Under the pieces are notes generated by a model, which saw nothing but the letters and a program-made list of their open reading frames with translations, ran no database searches and was not told the DNA's origin. The position numbers and the translations under genes were made by a program. DNA of 64,000 nucleotides from Zootoca vivipara. Taxonomy: Eukaryota. How positions within the stretch are numbered: position 1 is the stretch's first letter; the number at the start of each line of letters is the position of its first letter. The stretch lies in the NCBI RefSeq assembly GCF_963506605.1, contig NC_083276.1:78368001-78432000 (forward strand), read 5' to 3'. Positions 1 through 13,900 of this stretch are shown piece after piece.

Positions 1-137
1 AGAGGCCTGAGCCTTGGGTCTTTTGTGCTGGGCTCTAGATGCCCTGCCTGTTTTTCTCCTCGTCTTAAAAAACTTCTTAAACTTTCTTTACAGGCTAAGT
101 AGGCATGTTGCAAAGCACACTACTGTTGAGTCCCCAG

Positions 138-227
138 CATAGCTGCCAAGTTATCCCTTTTTTAAAGGGATTTTCCATTATGCTGAATAGGCTTCCTCGC
201 GAGAAAAGGGAAAACTTGGCAGCTATG
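138..227. mobile_element. 90-bp hAT MITE
   Basis: TIR CATAGCTGCCAAGTT; 8-bp TSD GTCCCCAG. Confidence 0.85.
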
Positions 228-689
228 GTCCCCAGGCATTTGCCATCTTAATTTGCCCAGAGACATTAATTAAAATAGGCAAATTGGTGGCATAGAGTCA
301 ACCTATGCTCTCAAGTACCTAGCAGTGCACCTGCTGTGCAGGGAGGGACCTCCTGCTCTCAGTTTTCCTGCAGGGCTGGAACATGTGTATAATAGTAGCA
401 ACAGAGGCAGTGAATTATCATCACTTATCTAAAAAGATTTAAAAGGATCTTTGTCAATGGGCAACAGTGTGATCTGCAGTGGGCAAGAGTCATGAGCTAC
501 AAGGTTTTCAAAGCTGCCTAACCATTCCAGGGTTTAAAGCAAAAATTCAGACTAGTGTGAATTTCAATGGGCGACTGGTTCTCATGTTTTCTTTCACGTG
601 TTGTTTTGGAAAGTGCGTATTTGACAGGTCCACCTTTAAATACGAACTGGGTTGAATTCTTTGCTCACCAGTGACATGCTGTCCTGCAT

Positions 690-787
690 TCCTTGACTTC
701 TCTCCTAGCCCTACCTGGAGATGCTGGGGGTGGAATCTGGGACCTTCCACATGTAAAGGCTCTGCCACTGAGCTACATCCCTTCCCT
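690..787 (-). mobile_element. tRNA-derived SINE fragment
   Basis: Reverse complement GGGAAGGGATGTAGCTCAGTGG...GGTCCCAGATTC. Confidence 0.6.
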
Positions 788-1811
788 GATATGTAAGTAC
801 TCCATCTCCACCCCAGAGATACAAAGGTGAGATTAGAGGTGCAGTGCATATGCTTCACATATGGTCAGACCAAGCTCTGGATTCGGCTCCCATGTGCAGC
901 AGGATCATGCTGCAGGGATGGTATATCTCTACCCAGGCACCATTCTGTGCCACCTTATTGGTCTCTGAGGACAGGGGAGTGATAAGCCAAGCACAGTGGG
1001 GTACAAGGTTGCCTGAAAAGCAAGGATGAACTGGATTCTTGACTAGCATTGGCTGCCATAGCTGATGCTAAATTTGGCTGGTAGGATCAGGCTCTCTGAT
1101 GTCTCAAGTTATTTCATGCTTCTTGAATCCTTGTGCACTAGTGCCACCTTGTGGATGATAGATACATTTGCTTTTGTCAAAACTAATATTGTTCATCTAT
1201 CATGATATTTCAAAATGCCCTCTTCCTTTCCTACTGCATATGGAGAACAAAAGTATTTTTTAAAAAAACAACCACCACCACCAAAAAACAGCATTGCTCT
1301 TCCAGCAACTATTTCTGTCCTTTTTTTGGCATTTGTGGACATAATAAAGCATCAGAATCACACAGGCTGGGATTTGCGATCTTTTTCAGCCCGACCAACA
1401 CAAAGTTCCTCCCACTCTGCACCTACTAGTCAAATACACTTCCCCCCCAAGAGACTATGTGTTTCCTCAGCAGCTGTAGCACAGTGCAGGGTTGGCGGTT
1501 CAGTTGCTTAGCACAAGGGTAGGACGGCAAAGAGACCTTCAACTTACCTCAAAGCTAGGACTAATTCTGGTCAGTTTGCTAACAATTAACTAATTTGAAG
1601 GGCAGCTTCATCATGCTGCACTCCTGATCTTCCTGGACAATATAGATTATTTGGACTGGATTCTTATCAGTTTGATTTCTAGCCTGGACTTGGGACTGAG
1701 ACCACCTTTGTATTTTAAGGACTGTCTCCTTCTACACAAACCTACTTAGCCACTCTGTTCAGGAACCAATGTCCTCTTCTTAAATTCAGTGGGTGGTAAC
1801 AGAAGATTCTT

Positions 1812-3178
1812 CTTCATGGATCACTGCCTTGTTGTGCCAAAGGGGCTTGAATAACTCAGAGAAGCTATGAGCTATGCTGTGCAAGGCCACCCAAGATGGA
1901 CAGGTCATAGTGGAGTTTTGACTAAACGTTATCTACCTGGAGCAGGAACTGGTAAGCCACTTCAGTATCCCTGCCAAGAAAACTCCATGGACAAAGACAA
2001 CAGGCATATAAAAGTTATGACACTGGAAGATGAGCCCCTCAGGTCGGACATGCTACTGAGGAAAAGCAGAGGACAAGTACAAGTAGATTCAGAGCTGATG
2101 AAGTGGCTGGGCCAAAGCTGAAAGGTCGCTCAGTTGAGGATATGTCTGGAAGCGAAAGGAAAGTCCAATGCTGTAAAGAAAAATATTGCATAGGAACCTG
2201 GAATGTAAGATCAAATAAAACTAAAATAGAAGGGGAAGAAATGGAGGCAGTGAGAGATTTTACTTTCTTGGTTCCCATGATCACTGCAGATGGTGACAGC
2301 AGTCACGAAATTCAAAGACCTCTGCTTCTTGGGAGAAAAGAATGACAAACCTAGACAACATCTTAAAAAGCAGAGACATCACCTTGCCGACAAAGGTCCG
2401 TATAGTTAAAGCTATGGTTTTCCCAATAGTGATGTATGAAAGTGAGAGCTGGACCGATCATAAAGAAGGCTGATCGCCCAAGAATTGATGCTTTTGAATT
2501 ATGGTGCTGGAGGAGACTCTTGAGAGTCCCATGGACTGTAAGAAGATCAAACCTATCCATTCTGAAGGAAATCATCCCTGAGTGCTCACTGGAAGGACAG
2601 AACGTGAAGCTGAGGCTCTAATACTTTGGCCACCTCATGAGAAGACTCCCTGGAAAAGACCCTGATGTTGGGAAAGATTGAGGGCACAAGGAGAAGGGGA
2701 CAACAGAGGACGAGATGGTTGGACAGTGTTCTCGAAGCTACCAACATGAGCAGGGCCAGCTCTAGGCCCGCTCCCGGTGGCGTGGGGCGCCAAGGCGCCA
2801 GGCCACTGGGGCGCCGCTGCACCCGCTGAGAGGCGCGGCTGAGGCTGCCCCAGGCGCAGCTCCGCTGTTCAGCGGCTTCAGGCCGCTCTTCGGAGGTGCG
2901 CGGGCCTGGGGCCACCTCCGCCGTGCGCAGGGGCGGGCAGTGCCCCCTGGCCTAGGGCCAGCCCTACGGCAGGCTGGGTGGCGCAGTGCAGCTGCGCCCG
3001 TGGCAGCCCGCCCGCCACGCTGGAAAACGGGGCGGGGGGGGGCGCCGGGCATGCTTAAGACAGCCCTGAACATGAGTCTGACCAAACTGCGGGAGGCAGT
3101 GGAAGACAGGAGTTCCTGGCGTGCTCTGGTCCATGGGGTCACGAAGAGTCTGACACGACTAAACAACAACAACAACAG
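1812..3178 (+). mobile_element. Internally deleted RTE-BovB LINE (interrupted by a hAT MITE)
   Basis: IGTWNVRS and RIDAFELWCWRRLLRVPWT remnants; 3' end GTCCATGGGGTCACGAAGAGT...(CAA)n. Confidence 0.85.
2751..3068. mobile_element. GC-rich non-autonomous hAT element nested in BovB
   Basis: CAGGGC...GCCCTG termini; 8-bp TSD AACATGAG. Confidence 0.85.
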
Positions 3179-3579
3179 ATGGATCTTATCAACTCGAAGG
3201 AAGGCCAACACAGCTACCTTTTGACAAGCAGCTTAAAATGTGGCTATCAAAGAATACTTCAGAACAGAGTTGATTTTACTTGTTGACCCTGTAAAATTTA
3301 AAAACAGCCAATTACACACATGTAATTGGACTGTATGCATCATGGAAAGGCAGGCTATAAATGTTAAGATGAACAAGGCAAAACAGATAAAAAGGCACCT
3401 TTCAGATAAAATATAAACATTCAGATCTGAAATCTGGATTCAGAAGCCAGTTCTTAAAAACTGGTGACTGTTGAGCCTAGACTATGCCAAGTGTGCTTTA
3501 GCAAAATGGATTACTTGTTGACCTTTCAAACCAGAACATTTTAAAAACAGAATCTTAAACCTTGTCCCAAACTCCCCAC

Positions 3580-3985
3580 AATACCTCAAGGACCACCTCT
3601 TTCCATATGAGCCAACCTGGACCCAGAGATCATCTTCTGAGGCCCTTCTTCATGTGCCTCCTCCTTGAGAGGTCCAGAGGGTAGCAACATGAGAACAGGC
3701 CTTCTCTGCGGTGCTCCCCGTCTGTGGAATGCTCTTCCCAGGGAAGTTCGCCTGGCACCTTCATTATACACCTTTAGGCGCTAGGCAAAAATGTTCCTTT
3801 TAAACTAGGCCTTTGGTTGATTTGATTGACATCCTATGCCCTTTTAAAATATGTTTCTTTTTGGGGGGAGGGGTGTCATTAGGTTGTTGTTTTTATTTTG
3901 ATTATATATATATTGTGGTTTTATTTTTTGATTTTGTTCTGTGAACTGCTCTGAGGGCGGTATATAAATTCAATAAATAAAATAC
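3580..3985 (+). mobile_element. L2-like LINE 3' fragment (relatives at ~4800-5175, ~16115-16470, ~58260-58450)
   Basis: Shared GGCCTTCTC...GCTCCC...TGTGGAATGC block and AATAAAT tail. Confidence 0.6.
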
Positions 3986-5395
3986 AACTCATAAGCTCAA
4001 AAAGGGTGTACAATATTTGTTTTCTCTTTGGGATAAATTACATTGCGGCTAGCAGAGCAGAGCAGATTTTAGCACATGCTGTTGCTTTTGCAACTGGCAT
4101 TTTGTTCAAACAAAACATCAACTATGCTCATCTTCAGACTGTTAGTTACAAAGGGGGGGGGGAATCCCAAATCAGTTGGAAACAGAATTGCAGCTGTGTT
4201 TCTAGGTCATCCGGAAAACAAACTGTCAGTTGATGCAACTTGCTGTCCAACTGCTGCTTAGTGGACTGGAGGAAAATTAGTTGCACAGATTTCTCAGTCT
4301 CCAGTGTGGTAGTCTGAACTAATTTTGCCTCTAAATGCAACATGACCAAGCCTTGTATTCTTCAGTTAAAAAGGATTGGGGGCATGGGAGCAGGACATTT
4401 TGCAAAATTAACATTTATTTAAGTGGCTTACTGGTGACACATAGCGGTTGACAGACTGAACTATGAACCTGACAGTTCTGAGTTAGTATATGTGAGAGTC
4501 TAAAATACTCTTAACACCTTAGTATCTAGGGGAAAATATCCACCTCCTTCCATGTGAGCCTGTCCAAGCGCTCTGCTAAACAGCCAAAGCTGCTTAATCG
4601 TCCTCCTAATGCCTGGCATTTCATAGGTGGGTCCCATGACATGACTTTTCCAACTAGACTGTGGAAAGAGCTCCCCAAGTGGGTTTATTTCTCTCTCTTG
4701 CTCCTTGCTTTTTTGGGAGCAACTAAAACCTGGCTCTTATGAGAGCATTTGCTCAATTCATCTGCTTGTTCCCATTAAACTACTGCCTGTTTCCCCTCTG
4801 CCTGCCTCTGAAGATGATTCGGAAAGTTCAGCTGCTACAGAATTTGGTGGCCAGGTTGCTCACTGAGGCAAAATGGTTTTAGCACTGATCCTGACCCGAC
4901 TACACTGGCTGCCAATTTAGTTTCCAGGCCCAAGTCAAAGTGCTGGTTTTGAGCAATAAAGTCTTAAAAGTCTTAGGGCTTCAATACCTCAAGGACTGCT
5001 TCTCCCCATATGAACCTACCTGGAACCTGGGATCATCATCTGAGGCACTTCTTCGTATGTCTCCTCAACGAGAGGTCCAGTGTATGGCAACATGAGAATG
5101 GGCCTTTTTGGTAGTGGCTCCCCATTTGTGGAATGCTTTCTCCAGCGAGCTTTGGCTGGCACCTTCATTATACTGTACACTTTAAATAAAATAGCAAAGT
5201 GTACACCACCTTGGAAATCATGTGGATTTTTAGATTTTTAGAAGATTCCTTTTAGCACACTGAATTTGTGGCTATATAGACTTCTGAATCACCTTATTAT
5301 ATAAACAGAAACCAGTTTCTAACATCCTGTGTGACTGTGAAACAGAACCCAGCACAAGCAGGGCATGTGGAATTCCCTAACTGTATACTGTACCT

Positions 5396-6162
5396 GAGGG
5401 ACCCAGGTGGCGCTGTGGTTAAACCACTGAGCCTAGGGCAGGGGTCCCCAGACTTACCGAGCGGCGGGCCGGTGCCCGCCGCGCCGACCGCGCGGTGGGC
5501 CGGACTGCAGGGGAGTGCGCGCGCAGCGGGCCGGAGGGCGGGGGAGTGCGCGCCCGTGCGCATGCGCACACGCACACGGGCGGAAAAAAAATCGGCGAAA
5601 ATCGCTTGTGCGCATGCGTATGGGCCTCCCCCGACCCGGAAGTGCACCAGAAATGACCTCTTCCGGGTCGGGAGAGGCCCGTACGCATGCGCACAAAGGA
5701 TTTTCGGCGATTTTTTGCCGATTTTTCAGATCGCCGCTGCGCCGCGCGCCGTGAGAGCGGGCGGCGGCAGCGGGCGGCGGGGGTCGTCGCGGGCCGGATT
5801 GGAAGGCCGATTGGGCCGCATCCGGCCCGGGGGCCGTAGTTTGGGGACCCCTGGCCTAGGGCTTGCTGATCAGAAGGTCGGCGGTTCGAATCCCTGTGAT
5901 GGGGTGAGCTTGGTCCCAGCTCCTGCCAACCTAGCAGTTCGAAAGCATGTCAAAATGCAAGTAGATAAATAGGGACCGCTACAGCGAGAAGGTAAACGGC
6001 ATTTCCATGTGCTGCTCTGATTTTGCCAGAAGCGGCTTTGTCATGCTGGCCACATGACCTGGAAGCTATACGCCGGCTCCCTCGGCCAATAATGCGAGAT
6101 GAGCGCACAACCCCAGAGTCGGTCACGACTGGACCTAACGGTCAGGGGTCCCTTTACCTTTT
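5396..6162 (+). mobile_element. Sauria SINE (interrupted by a hAT MITE)
   Basis: GGGACCCAGGTGGCGCTGTGGTTAAA head, B-box GGTTCGAATCC, (ACCTTT) tail; 12-bp TSD TATACTGTACCT. Confidence 0.9.
5439..5853. mobile_element. CpG-rich hAT MITE nested in the Sauria SINE
   Basis: TIR CAGGGGTCCCCA(G/A)ACT; 8-bp TSD GCCTAGGG. Confidence 0.9.
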
Positions 6163-8095
6163 TATACTGTACCTACTGAGGTTTTTAATTATGCTTTAGG
6201 TATATACAGAAGCTTGACTTTATTGAATTTTATATGTTGTAAACTGACTCGCAATATTTTTGGGAAAAGTGGATTATAATTTTTCAGATAAAAGGGTTGC
6301 TGTGAATGTAACTCTGTGAGGGGTAAACTACAGTGCCCAGAATTCTTCGAGGGAAATATGCTTTCAATATGCTTTAAATGTATAGTGTAGTATACATATA
6401 TACTGTATATATGTATATACAGCCTTCAGTTCAAAACATCCTTACGGGAAACAATGATGTACTAAAAGCACAGGTCCAATAGATCAAAATGCCTGTGGCA
6501 ACTGATGCCTTCTTGCATGATTTTGTTTTTGAGCCAGATCAGAGATATACAGGGGCTTTGGACAAAGATTAGTGTGGCGGGGGGAGAACCTATCTACTTT
6601 TGCTGCTTCCTTGACCCCCATTTTTTCTAAATGACTGGAACCTAGGTCTTCGTATTGAACCCACTAATAACTGTTCATTAGCTCACTGCAGCTCATAAAT
6701 GTTTTCAAATTTGAGCCCGGTATTGGGCAAGAGATTCCTGGATTGCAGTAGCTGGACTAGAATAGATGACCCTCATCATCCCTTTCAACACTACAATTCT
6801 GACTTTAGAAAACAACACTTCCTTTGCAAAGATGTCAGGCTGGCACCCAGATGCACTGCACCATAAATGGAAGCTGTTTTCTCTCTGCATTGTTTTTAAC
6901 AGCATAGGTTTCAGACAAGTGCTAAGTTCTTTTAAAGACTTTTCAGATAGACTCTGAAAAACAGCTCATGTACCTTTTCACACTAAGCATCACTTTCGTA
7001 TTTCTGAGCTCAAATTAACCAGAAATAGTGCCAAGGCAGCAAGGGCTGTTATCAGCATCTTGCAATATGAGTGTTGGATTTATAATCACAAAGGAAATGT
7101 AGCATCTTGGAATTTGGTCTCCTGGAATTTTTCTGCTCTCATAAAGTTAGAAATATGTAGGCAGTGTCTGATAAAGGCTTCCAAATCAAAGGATGGGCCA
7201 GAACAGGTTCTATTTAAGGTGAGGCTTCTTTGGTTTATCTTTATCTGTAATTCCTATCAATTGTAGTCCCCACTACCATACTATTTTCCTCCTAGACCTG
7301 CCTCTCTCTCCTTCCGTAATTAATTTGACTCTAGTCCACACCAGAATATTTTATGTTTTGTACAAACACAGCTATCACATGTTAATCAGTCACACAGTCC
7401 AGAGTTTCCCATACCTAAAGCCTAGAGTAATAGAAACAATAGCTTTTATATTTATTTTCTCCTATGCATTACTGGACATGGCCTAAAATTAAAGTCAGTT
7501 CCAATAAGCAAATTAACACATAAGGTATGGTATACATTTAAAAAATGTAATAGGGAATTTAATCTATTTTACATTTCAAGCAAAACCCATTTTTAACAGA
7601 ACCTGGCCACGTGCTCAGTACCTCTGCACTGATGCAAAAACAGCTACCTATAACGATTATAGCTATAGACAGATGGTACTCATACACCTTTGCTTACACA
7701 AGTGTCTAAATTAAAATACATGGTAGGTAATATTAGTAACAAGACAGCTGCAGTTCATTCTGTACTCCTTGACACCTATTTTACATTATGGCATTGCAAC
7801 ACAAGCTCCTGGCGAACCTTTAATTCTGGAAGACAGAATACTGGGAAAAAGCATCACTGCACTTCCACAGCCAAAGGTCAGATTTCAGAAACTCAGAAGG
7901 AGGGGTCAATAACCGGTTTTCTCAACCTCACAGATGATGAAACGGATATTCCAGCAAGGAGAGAACTGGCAGTGAGCCTCTTGTGTAATGTTAGCACTAC
8001 AGCCATATCTCTCGGCTAACAATCTTGCAAGTGTGACAAATGTAGCCTTAAGAAAAATCTGAAAGCTCTTTTCGTGCTTAATGGAAAGTCTACAT

Positions 8096-8298
8096 CAGGG
8101 GTCCCCAAATTTCGGGCCGGTGCCTGCAGCGCCGATGCCACGGTGGGCTGGAGGGCGGGGGAGCGTGTGCCCTATGCGTGCGCACACACTATTTCCGGTG
8201 CACTTCCGGGTTGCAGGAGCACTGGAAATAGCTTGTGCACATGCGCACGGGCCTCCTCCCACCTGGAAGTGCGCCGGAAATGACGCTTGCGCATGCAA
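8096..8298. mobile_element. Truncated relative of the 5439-5853 MITE
   Basis: Same left TIR and CCGGAAGTG/GCGCATGC motifs; right end missing. Confidence 0.65.
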
Positions 8299-8592
8299 TG
8301 TGATTTGATCTGTAACCATTTTGTTTTACTTCCACAGGAAATCCAAGATATTCCTGAATAATTTGGTGCAATACAGATCCATGTTCCCTTAAAACCAACA
8401 GGACCTAGATGTGCCTATTTTAACTTTGGGCAAGTTAACAGAATGTTCCTGATTTAGTGTAGCCACGTTAATAACTCTTCAACAAGTTAGGCTTTTCATC
8501 ACTCTTAGAAAATCACAGCTATGTAGTCAATGAGAACCCACTCCCTTCTAAAACAAAATTTGTAATTCAGGACACACCAGCAAACAACCTTT

Positions 8593-8598
8593 TTTATT
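8593..8598 (-). terminator. Candidate PTDSS2 polyadenylation signal (AATAAA)
   Basis: AATAAA on the minus strand followed by GU-rich GGTTGTTTGCTGGTGTGTCC, about 2.2 kb past the stop. Other AATAAA hexamers exist. Confidence 0.35.
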
Positions 8599-9488
8599 AC
8601 ATTTGTTCAGTTATCCAGACTATAACTGTAAGACTCAATATTTCAATGAACATAAAGATCAGTACAAAAGTAATGTTTTAAGAGGTCAACTTCAATCTGG
8701 GAAACCATTTTCCCCCCCTCTTATACTTCAAATTTTACACAATTAGTTCCTCAAAAAACAAAAACTTAAAATTCCTTTAACGTTCTCCCCATTGCACTTG
8801 TTACCTCCAGAATACATGGAGGGCACAACAATACAAAATTACAAGGGGGCAGAGTTTACTAGTACAAAAACAGACATGGACTATATGCCTATGCAAGCCT
8901 TGAAAAACTAGGGCCACATTAGCACAGGTACACTGGTACTACCTCTAGTCAGTTCACGAAACAGGTACAAAATTAACCTGAACAACTTCAAAAACCTACT
9001 GCTTCCATGTGGGGAGAAGGTTGTTTTTATGTACCAGCTCAACTCAGCATCTGCTCTTTTAAGATGTCTGTTAATGCCTAGCTATAGCCATAGTATTTAT
9101 TATTACTGAACAACAGATAAATCCTAATTATAAACATCACCCATTCAGTGACTTATCAGTGGTAAATCTTGCACAAATCAAGAAATAAGCTTCACATGAT
9201 CTTCTTAATTCTGATCATCATGAAACAGAGTTCCTTCACTCATTTTATATGCTAAAAAAATTACTTCATTTGCTGAGTTTTCAAAGATTCATTTATATGG
9301 ATTTTTTTTTAATTTTGCCCTGCTGAAAGTGTCAATTGTTTAAGAAGAGAGCATTAGTGTCACTCTAGAAACAAGGCAAAGGCAGACTTGTTTTCCCATT
9401 CAAGTATTGACATGAAATGAAGCCAAGGTCTGTGCATTGTGCTTTAACCCGCAGCATTTTTGAGATTTTATTGGGGGAGGGGAGGGGG

Positions 9489-9490
<2 letters not shown>

Positions 9491-9562
<72 letters not shown>
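9491..9562 (+). repeat. (GA)n microsatellite
   Basis: Seen directly. Confidence 0.95.
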
Positions 9563-9565
<3 letters not shown>

Positions 9566-10793
9566 GTAGGGCTAACATTTTAACTTATATTCACTTCAAA
9601 GCAAATTTCCAGAAGTTTCAACATATTTAAGACAGTGTTATTTTGTTAATATTAATTTAGTGTTACATTTAAGGAGAAAATTCACACAACTGTTTTAGGA
9701 ATTTGAAACCTGTTCCTATGACAACTCTAATTGTAGAGAAGATATTTGTAACATGAACTCCCATTTGTTCAATGGAGTTTTAGGAGGCAAATGACAAATA
9801 AGACAGCCAGAGTTCTTGGACTGGAGGCTCTCATGAGCAGTAGCCTTTTAGCATATAGTGGCTGACTGTGCACACTGCAGTTGCCTCGATATAACTCCAC
9901 CTTATCTAGTGCAGCTTAAACTCTAGAAGTAACAAGACAGTTCTGGACGATCATATGATATGCTCTGCCATGTGCAATTGAGGGGGGGGGGAGGTCCTAA
10001 GACTCAAGGCAAGAGCAGAAACCAGCTCAGTGGTAGAAAAATAAGGCAAAGAACACACAGCTTTGGTGGATTAAATATTTTTCACGTTCATTATAGCCTT
10101 CATTTGCTCTATTTAGCTAACAGACAGGAAAGTTAAACTTTCTGGCCTAAGAAGAACGACAAGGATAAATATGAACTGAAGAGGTATTTGGTATCAAGAG
10201 GATGCAGTATAAAACTAGCAGGCTGTTTCAAGGTAATGCACCTTTGCTTTGAGACAAAGGCAACTAGATCGAGGACCCCCAAGAGCTGTTTGCAATAGTA
10301 TATTGTGCAAAGTTATGCAGTTTGTTCTTGAGCTTCAATTGCATCTCTCCATTTATTTTGTTGATATTGTATTAATAGTTGAATGAAAATGAATGGATGA
10401 GGAGGACATATTAGTAACACAGTCCAAGGTAGTTGCAGCGGAAAATACCAAACTGTTTTTCACAGTGCACATATTTATTCCATAAAATGTGTTCCTGACA
10501 CCCCACAAACAGCCATGATTTTCCAGAACTGAGGCTACTAAGATTCCCTTTGCACCTGTTTAATCCTCCATTTTGTAAGATGACAGACATTTATAACACA
10601 CTTAGGTGGAATTCCCCTTTTGGGAGAAGCATTGCTTCTAGCGTTAGTTGTAAACACCTTCCTCAAGAGAGATTAGGTGGCACCTTTTCCAAAAGGATTC
10701 TCATTCATGAGAAAACATCAAAACTTACAAAACTAGGGAGGGTTAAACTTGCAAGAAAAATAACTCTCTCAGTCCTTAATTCATTACTCAAGT

Positions 10794-10938
10794 TCAAAGT
10801 TCTTTCTCTCTGAGTTTATTCCCATTGTGCTCATCTGCCAGTACAGGATGTCCATCACCATTCCTTAAACAATTGTCCTTCCCATATTTATGTTCTTGCT
10901 TTTGCCTTCTTATCTCTTTATACCGTAAGGTGATATTT
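10794..10938 (-). CDS. PTDSS2: PTDSS2 exon 12 (coding part to TGA)
   Basis: [17 protein letters not shown]...NGDGHP...REKEL-stop. Confidence 0.92.
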
Positions 10939-13900
10939 CTAGAAATAAAACAAATACATTTTAGGAAAAAAAGAGAAACACCACAAATTTAGAAAAAAAG
11001 CTCAGTCCTTTTGTTGCCTCTTTTCATTTCCCTGAATGAGGCAATTATATGACCAAACTCAGAGTTTGGCTATAGCTAAACATTAAGCATTTCCTTGTTC
11101 TAAAGTGATAATTCTACAGCAATTACAATAGCCTTGTAAATACTCAGGATTTGGAGATGATCCTTCCCACCCCGCACACAAATTTGCTCTCCCCCTTCTT
11201 TATAAACTCCATCAGTTCCAACTGTCCAGCTACTAAAAGACAAGGAGCAAATTGCCACTATCAATTCAGTTTCTCCATAGTGCAAGCAGCTGCTCCCATT
11301 TTCTCCCCCAGATTTAGAGCTACAGGGTGGAATTCAATGTTGCACAATTACAACCATTCCATCAGTGCATGCATTTCTGTCTGCCAGACAGAACAAATTC
11401 TCCAGTCTTCCCCCCTGTACATTGTTCTGGGGGACTCTCCTGACATATACAAACACCCCGCCTTTTTGGTAGAGATGTGTAGGGAGAGAAGGGTGGGGGA
11501 AAGTCCCATTGCAACAGCAGCACTAGTTGCACTGGCTTCCACTATCTCAACTGTTTAATTGACTCTGGCCTAATGACTTTAAGCAAAGTGGCAGGAGCAG
11601 GAATTAGCCTGCAGCAATGGAGAAAGGGAGAAAATGCATGCAGTGAACCAGTTCCAGTGTATGCCCAGGCAAACACTGTAGGAAGACGCCTGGTGGATCA
11701 GACCATGAGTCCACCTAGTCCAATCAGGAATTCAACCCTTGCTTACCGAATAAAGAAGCGCCACACTGTCCAAATAAGAACAAGTGTGACTCCAAGAATC
11801 CAGCACTGAGTAATGTAGAACGGAAGTGATAATGTCAGGGTGTAGGGATCATATTTTACCACAATCAGGAACTCTGTAGCTGTGATAGCAGCAACCAACC
11901 ATGCTTGCTGACCCAACTTCTTATAGAACTTTCTGCAATAATAAAACAGTGTTAGTGCATAGGTATACATTCAAAATGGTATTTCCAAAACAAAAACAGA
12001 ATAGGCACTTCTCTGATAACAAGACCATATTTCACATAATACTATAATAGCTTTGTTCTTCATCAATTAAAAAAAGGAAGATACAGTTTAGTTTAACAAC
12101 TGCCCTTCTAATTTCTACCACTGAAGGTTGAAAAATATACAGTATAGCAATATTGTGTGGCTTAACAGTTAAGCAAACAATCTAGTGTGCAATTTCCGCT
12201 TATTTACAAAGCAGAACTTTATTGTTCAGTAACTTGACAGAGCAAAATAACTTTGAAGTGACAAGCTCTAACAAAATAAGCTCCAGCAAAATTCTTCAAG
12301 AGGCATGCCCAAGTTATCTGTTTCTACAGTGGGAAATAAAAAGTCACATCCAGTATTTGTTGCCTTAAAACACACACTTCCTGGAAAAATCTACACAAGG
12401 AAACTTTTAAATACCGTATATACTGGCGTATAAGACGGCTTTTGAACCCAGGAAATTTTTTTCAAAAGTTGGGGGCCCGTCTTATACACCGGGTCCAAGA
12501 ATCTGCGGTCACCGCATACGGTGGGGGGAGCTCAAAAACGGCCGCATCCCCACTGTATGCAGTGACCATATGAACGCAAAGAAGCGCGCTCGGGAGGGGG
12601 CTGCTCCCCGCCAGGGAGAATGGCTCCCTCATGGCTTTGTGACCTGGATCAGCGCAGAGATACAGTTTTGTGTATTTCATTGGTGTCAAGCTGCTGCCTC
12701 TTCTCTTTTTGTCAGCGCAAAGCAAAGGGATCTCTCCGTCTCTCTCTCTCCGCTCTCTCTTTCACTGCTCTGCTCAGCGTCTTTCGCTGGCTGTGTGAGC
12801 CTCTGATGTCTCTGCCTCTCTATCGCTATCCTCTCTATGGTTTCTTTCCCCCCTTTTCATCGATGTCTCTGCCTCTCCCTCTCCCTGGCTTCTACTCCCC
12901 TTTTGCTCACTGAGCCAGCCTCGTTGTCTCTCTCTCCGCTCTCTCTTTCACTGCTGCTCAGCGTCTTTCGCTGGCTGTGTGAGCCTCCGATGTCTCTGCC
13001 TCTCTATCGCTATCCTCTCTATGGTTTCTTCCCCCCCCCTTTTGCTCGGTGTCTCTGCTTCTCTATCTCTCCTCTCTCTGGCTTCTTTCCCCCTCTCAAT
13101 AACTAAGCAAACAAACAAACAAACAAACCACCATTTCCCCGGCTTCAGACTTGAGTGCTGGAGAAGACAGCCTCCCCTCCCCTCCCCGCCAAAAAAGGGC
13201 TGGAGTACATCCCAAATTCTATATTTTAACTTGAAAAGTAAGGGGTCGTCTTATACGCCCAGTCGTCTTATACGCCAGCATATACGGTAATAGCCACTGC
13301 TATAGCAAGAAAAGTTAATCCTTACTGCCCTTATTCTATTTACTAGCATTAAAATGTTGCCCAATCCAATGGGTGTGTGCGGACATTTCCCTCCCGCAAA
13401 CAATGATTACCATTGCTTCAGACAGGGCACGATTTTCCAAATCTGGCCTGTCTTTTATTTCTCCAAACTAAGTATTTCCTCCAGTCCTGGAAGAGTGGAG
13501 TGGAATTATTTATTTTCATAGCCCCAACTCTGCAGCTGTATTTAACACAGAGAAGTGGCAGTTCTCTACAGTGCTGTCTTCCCTCCTATTAAATCCAGAT
13601 ATTGGTGGCAATATACCAGAAATGTATTGCTCCCTTCTTTCTCTATACTGGAACCACCTTTAGCAGGGTGGGAAGCAGCACTGTTCTGTTTCTCCTACCC
13701 TAAGCTGAAGTTCCTGTTGATGGTGGCCAGGTCAGCCTGTCAGGGTTGCTGGCAATACTATATATTTTCTCTGTTGGAATGAACACCATTCATTTATATG
13801 GAGGAAACTGAAAGCATACACAAAGCAATGCCAGTGAGGTTGGGTGGACCCTGGGTCCCTGGTGATACCAGAATCAAGCATGAGAGACAGAGGTTTTTTG

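Noticed and set aside
1-1800. Expected tail-to-tail neighbour RNH1 (recalled human synteny)
   Set aside because: No leucine-rich-repeat coding exon is recognisable in this stretch
5331-5972. 213-aa ORF and overlapping GC-rich ORFs (also at 2586-3224, 41974-42615, 61166-61788)
   Set aside because: Stop-poor GC-rich MITE/SINE sequence with no recognisable domains
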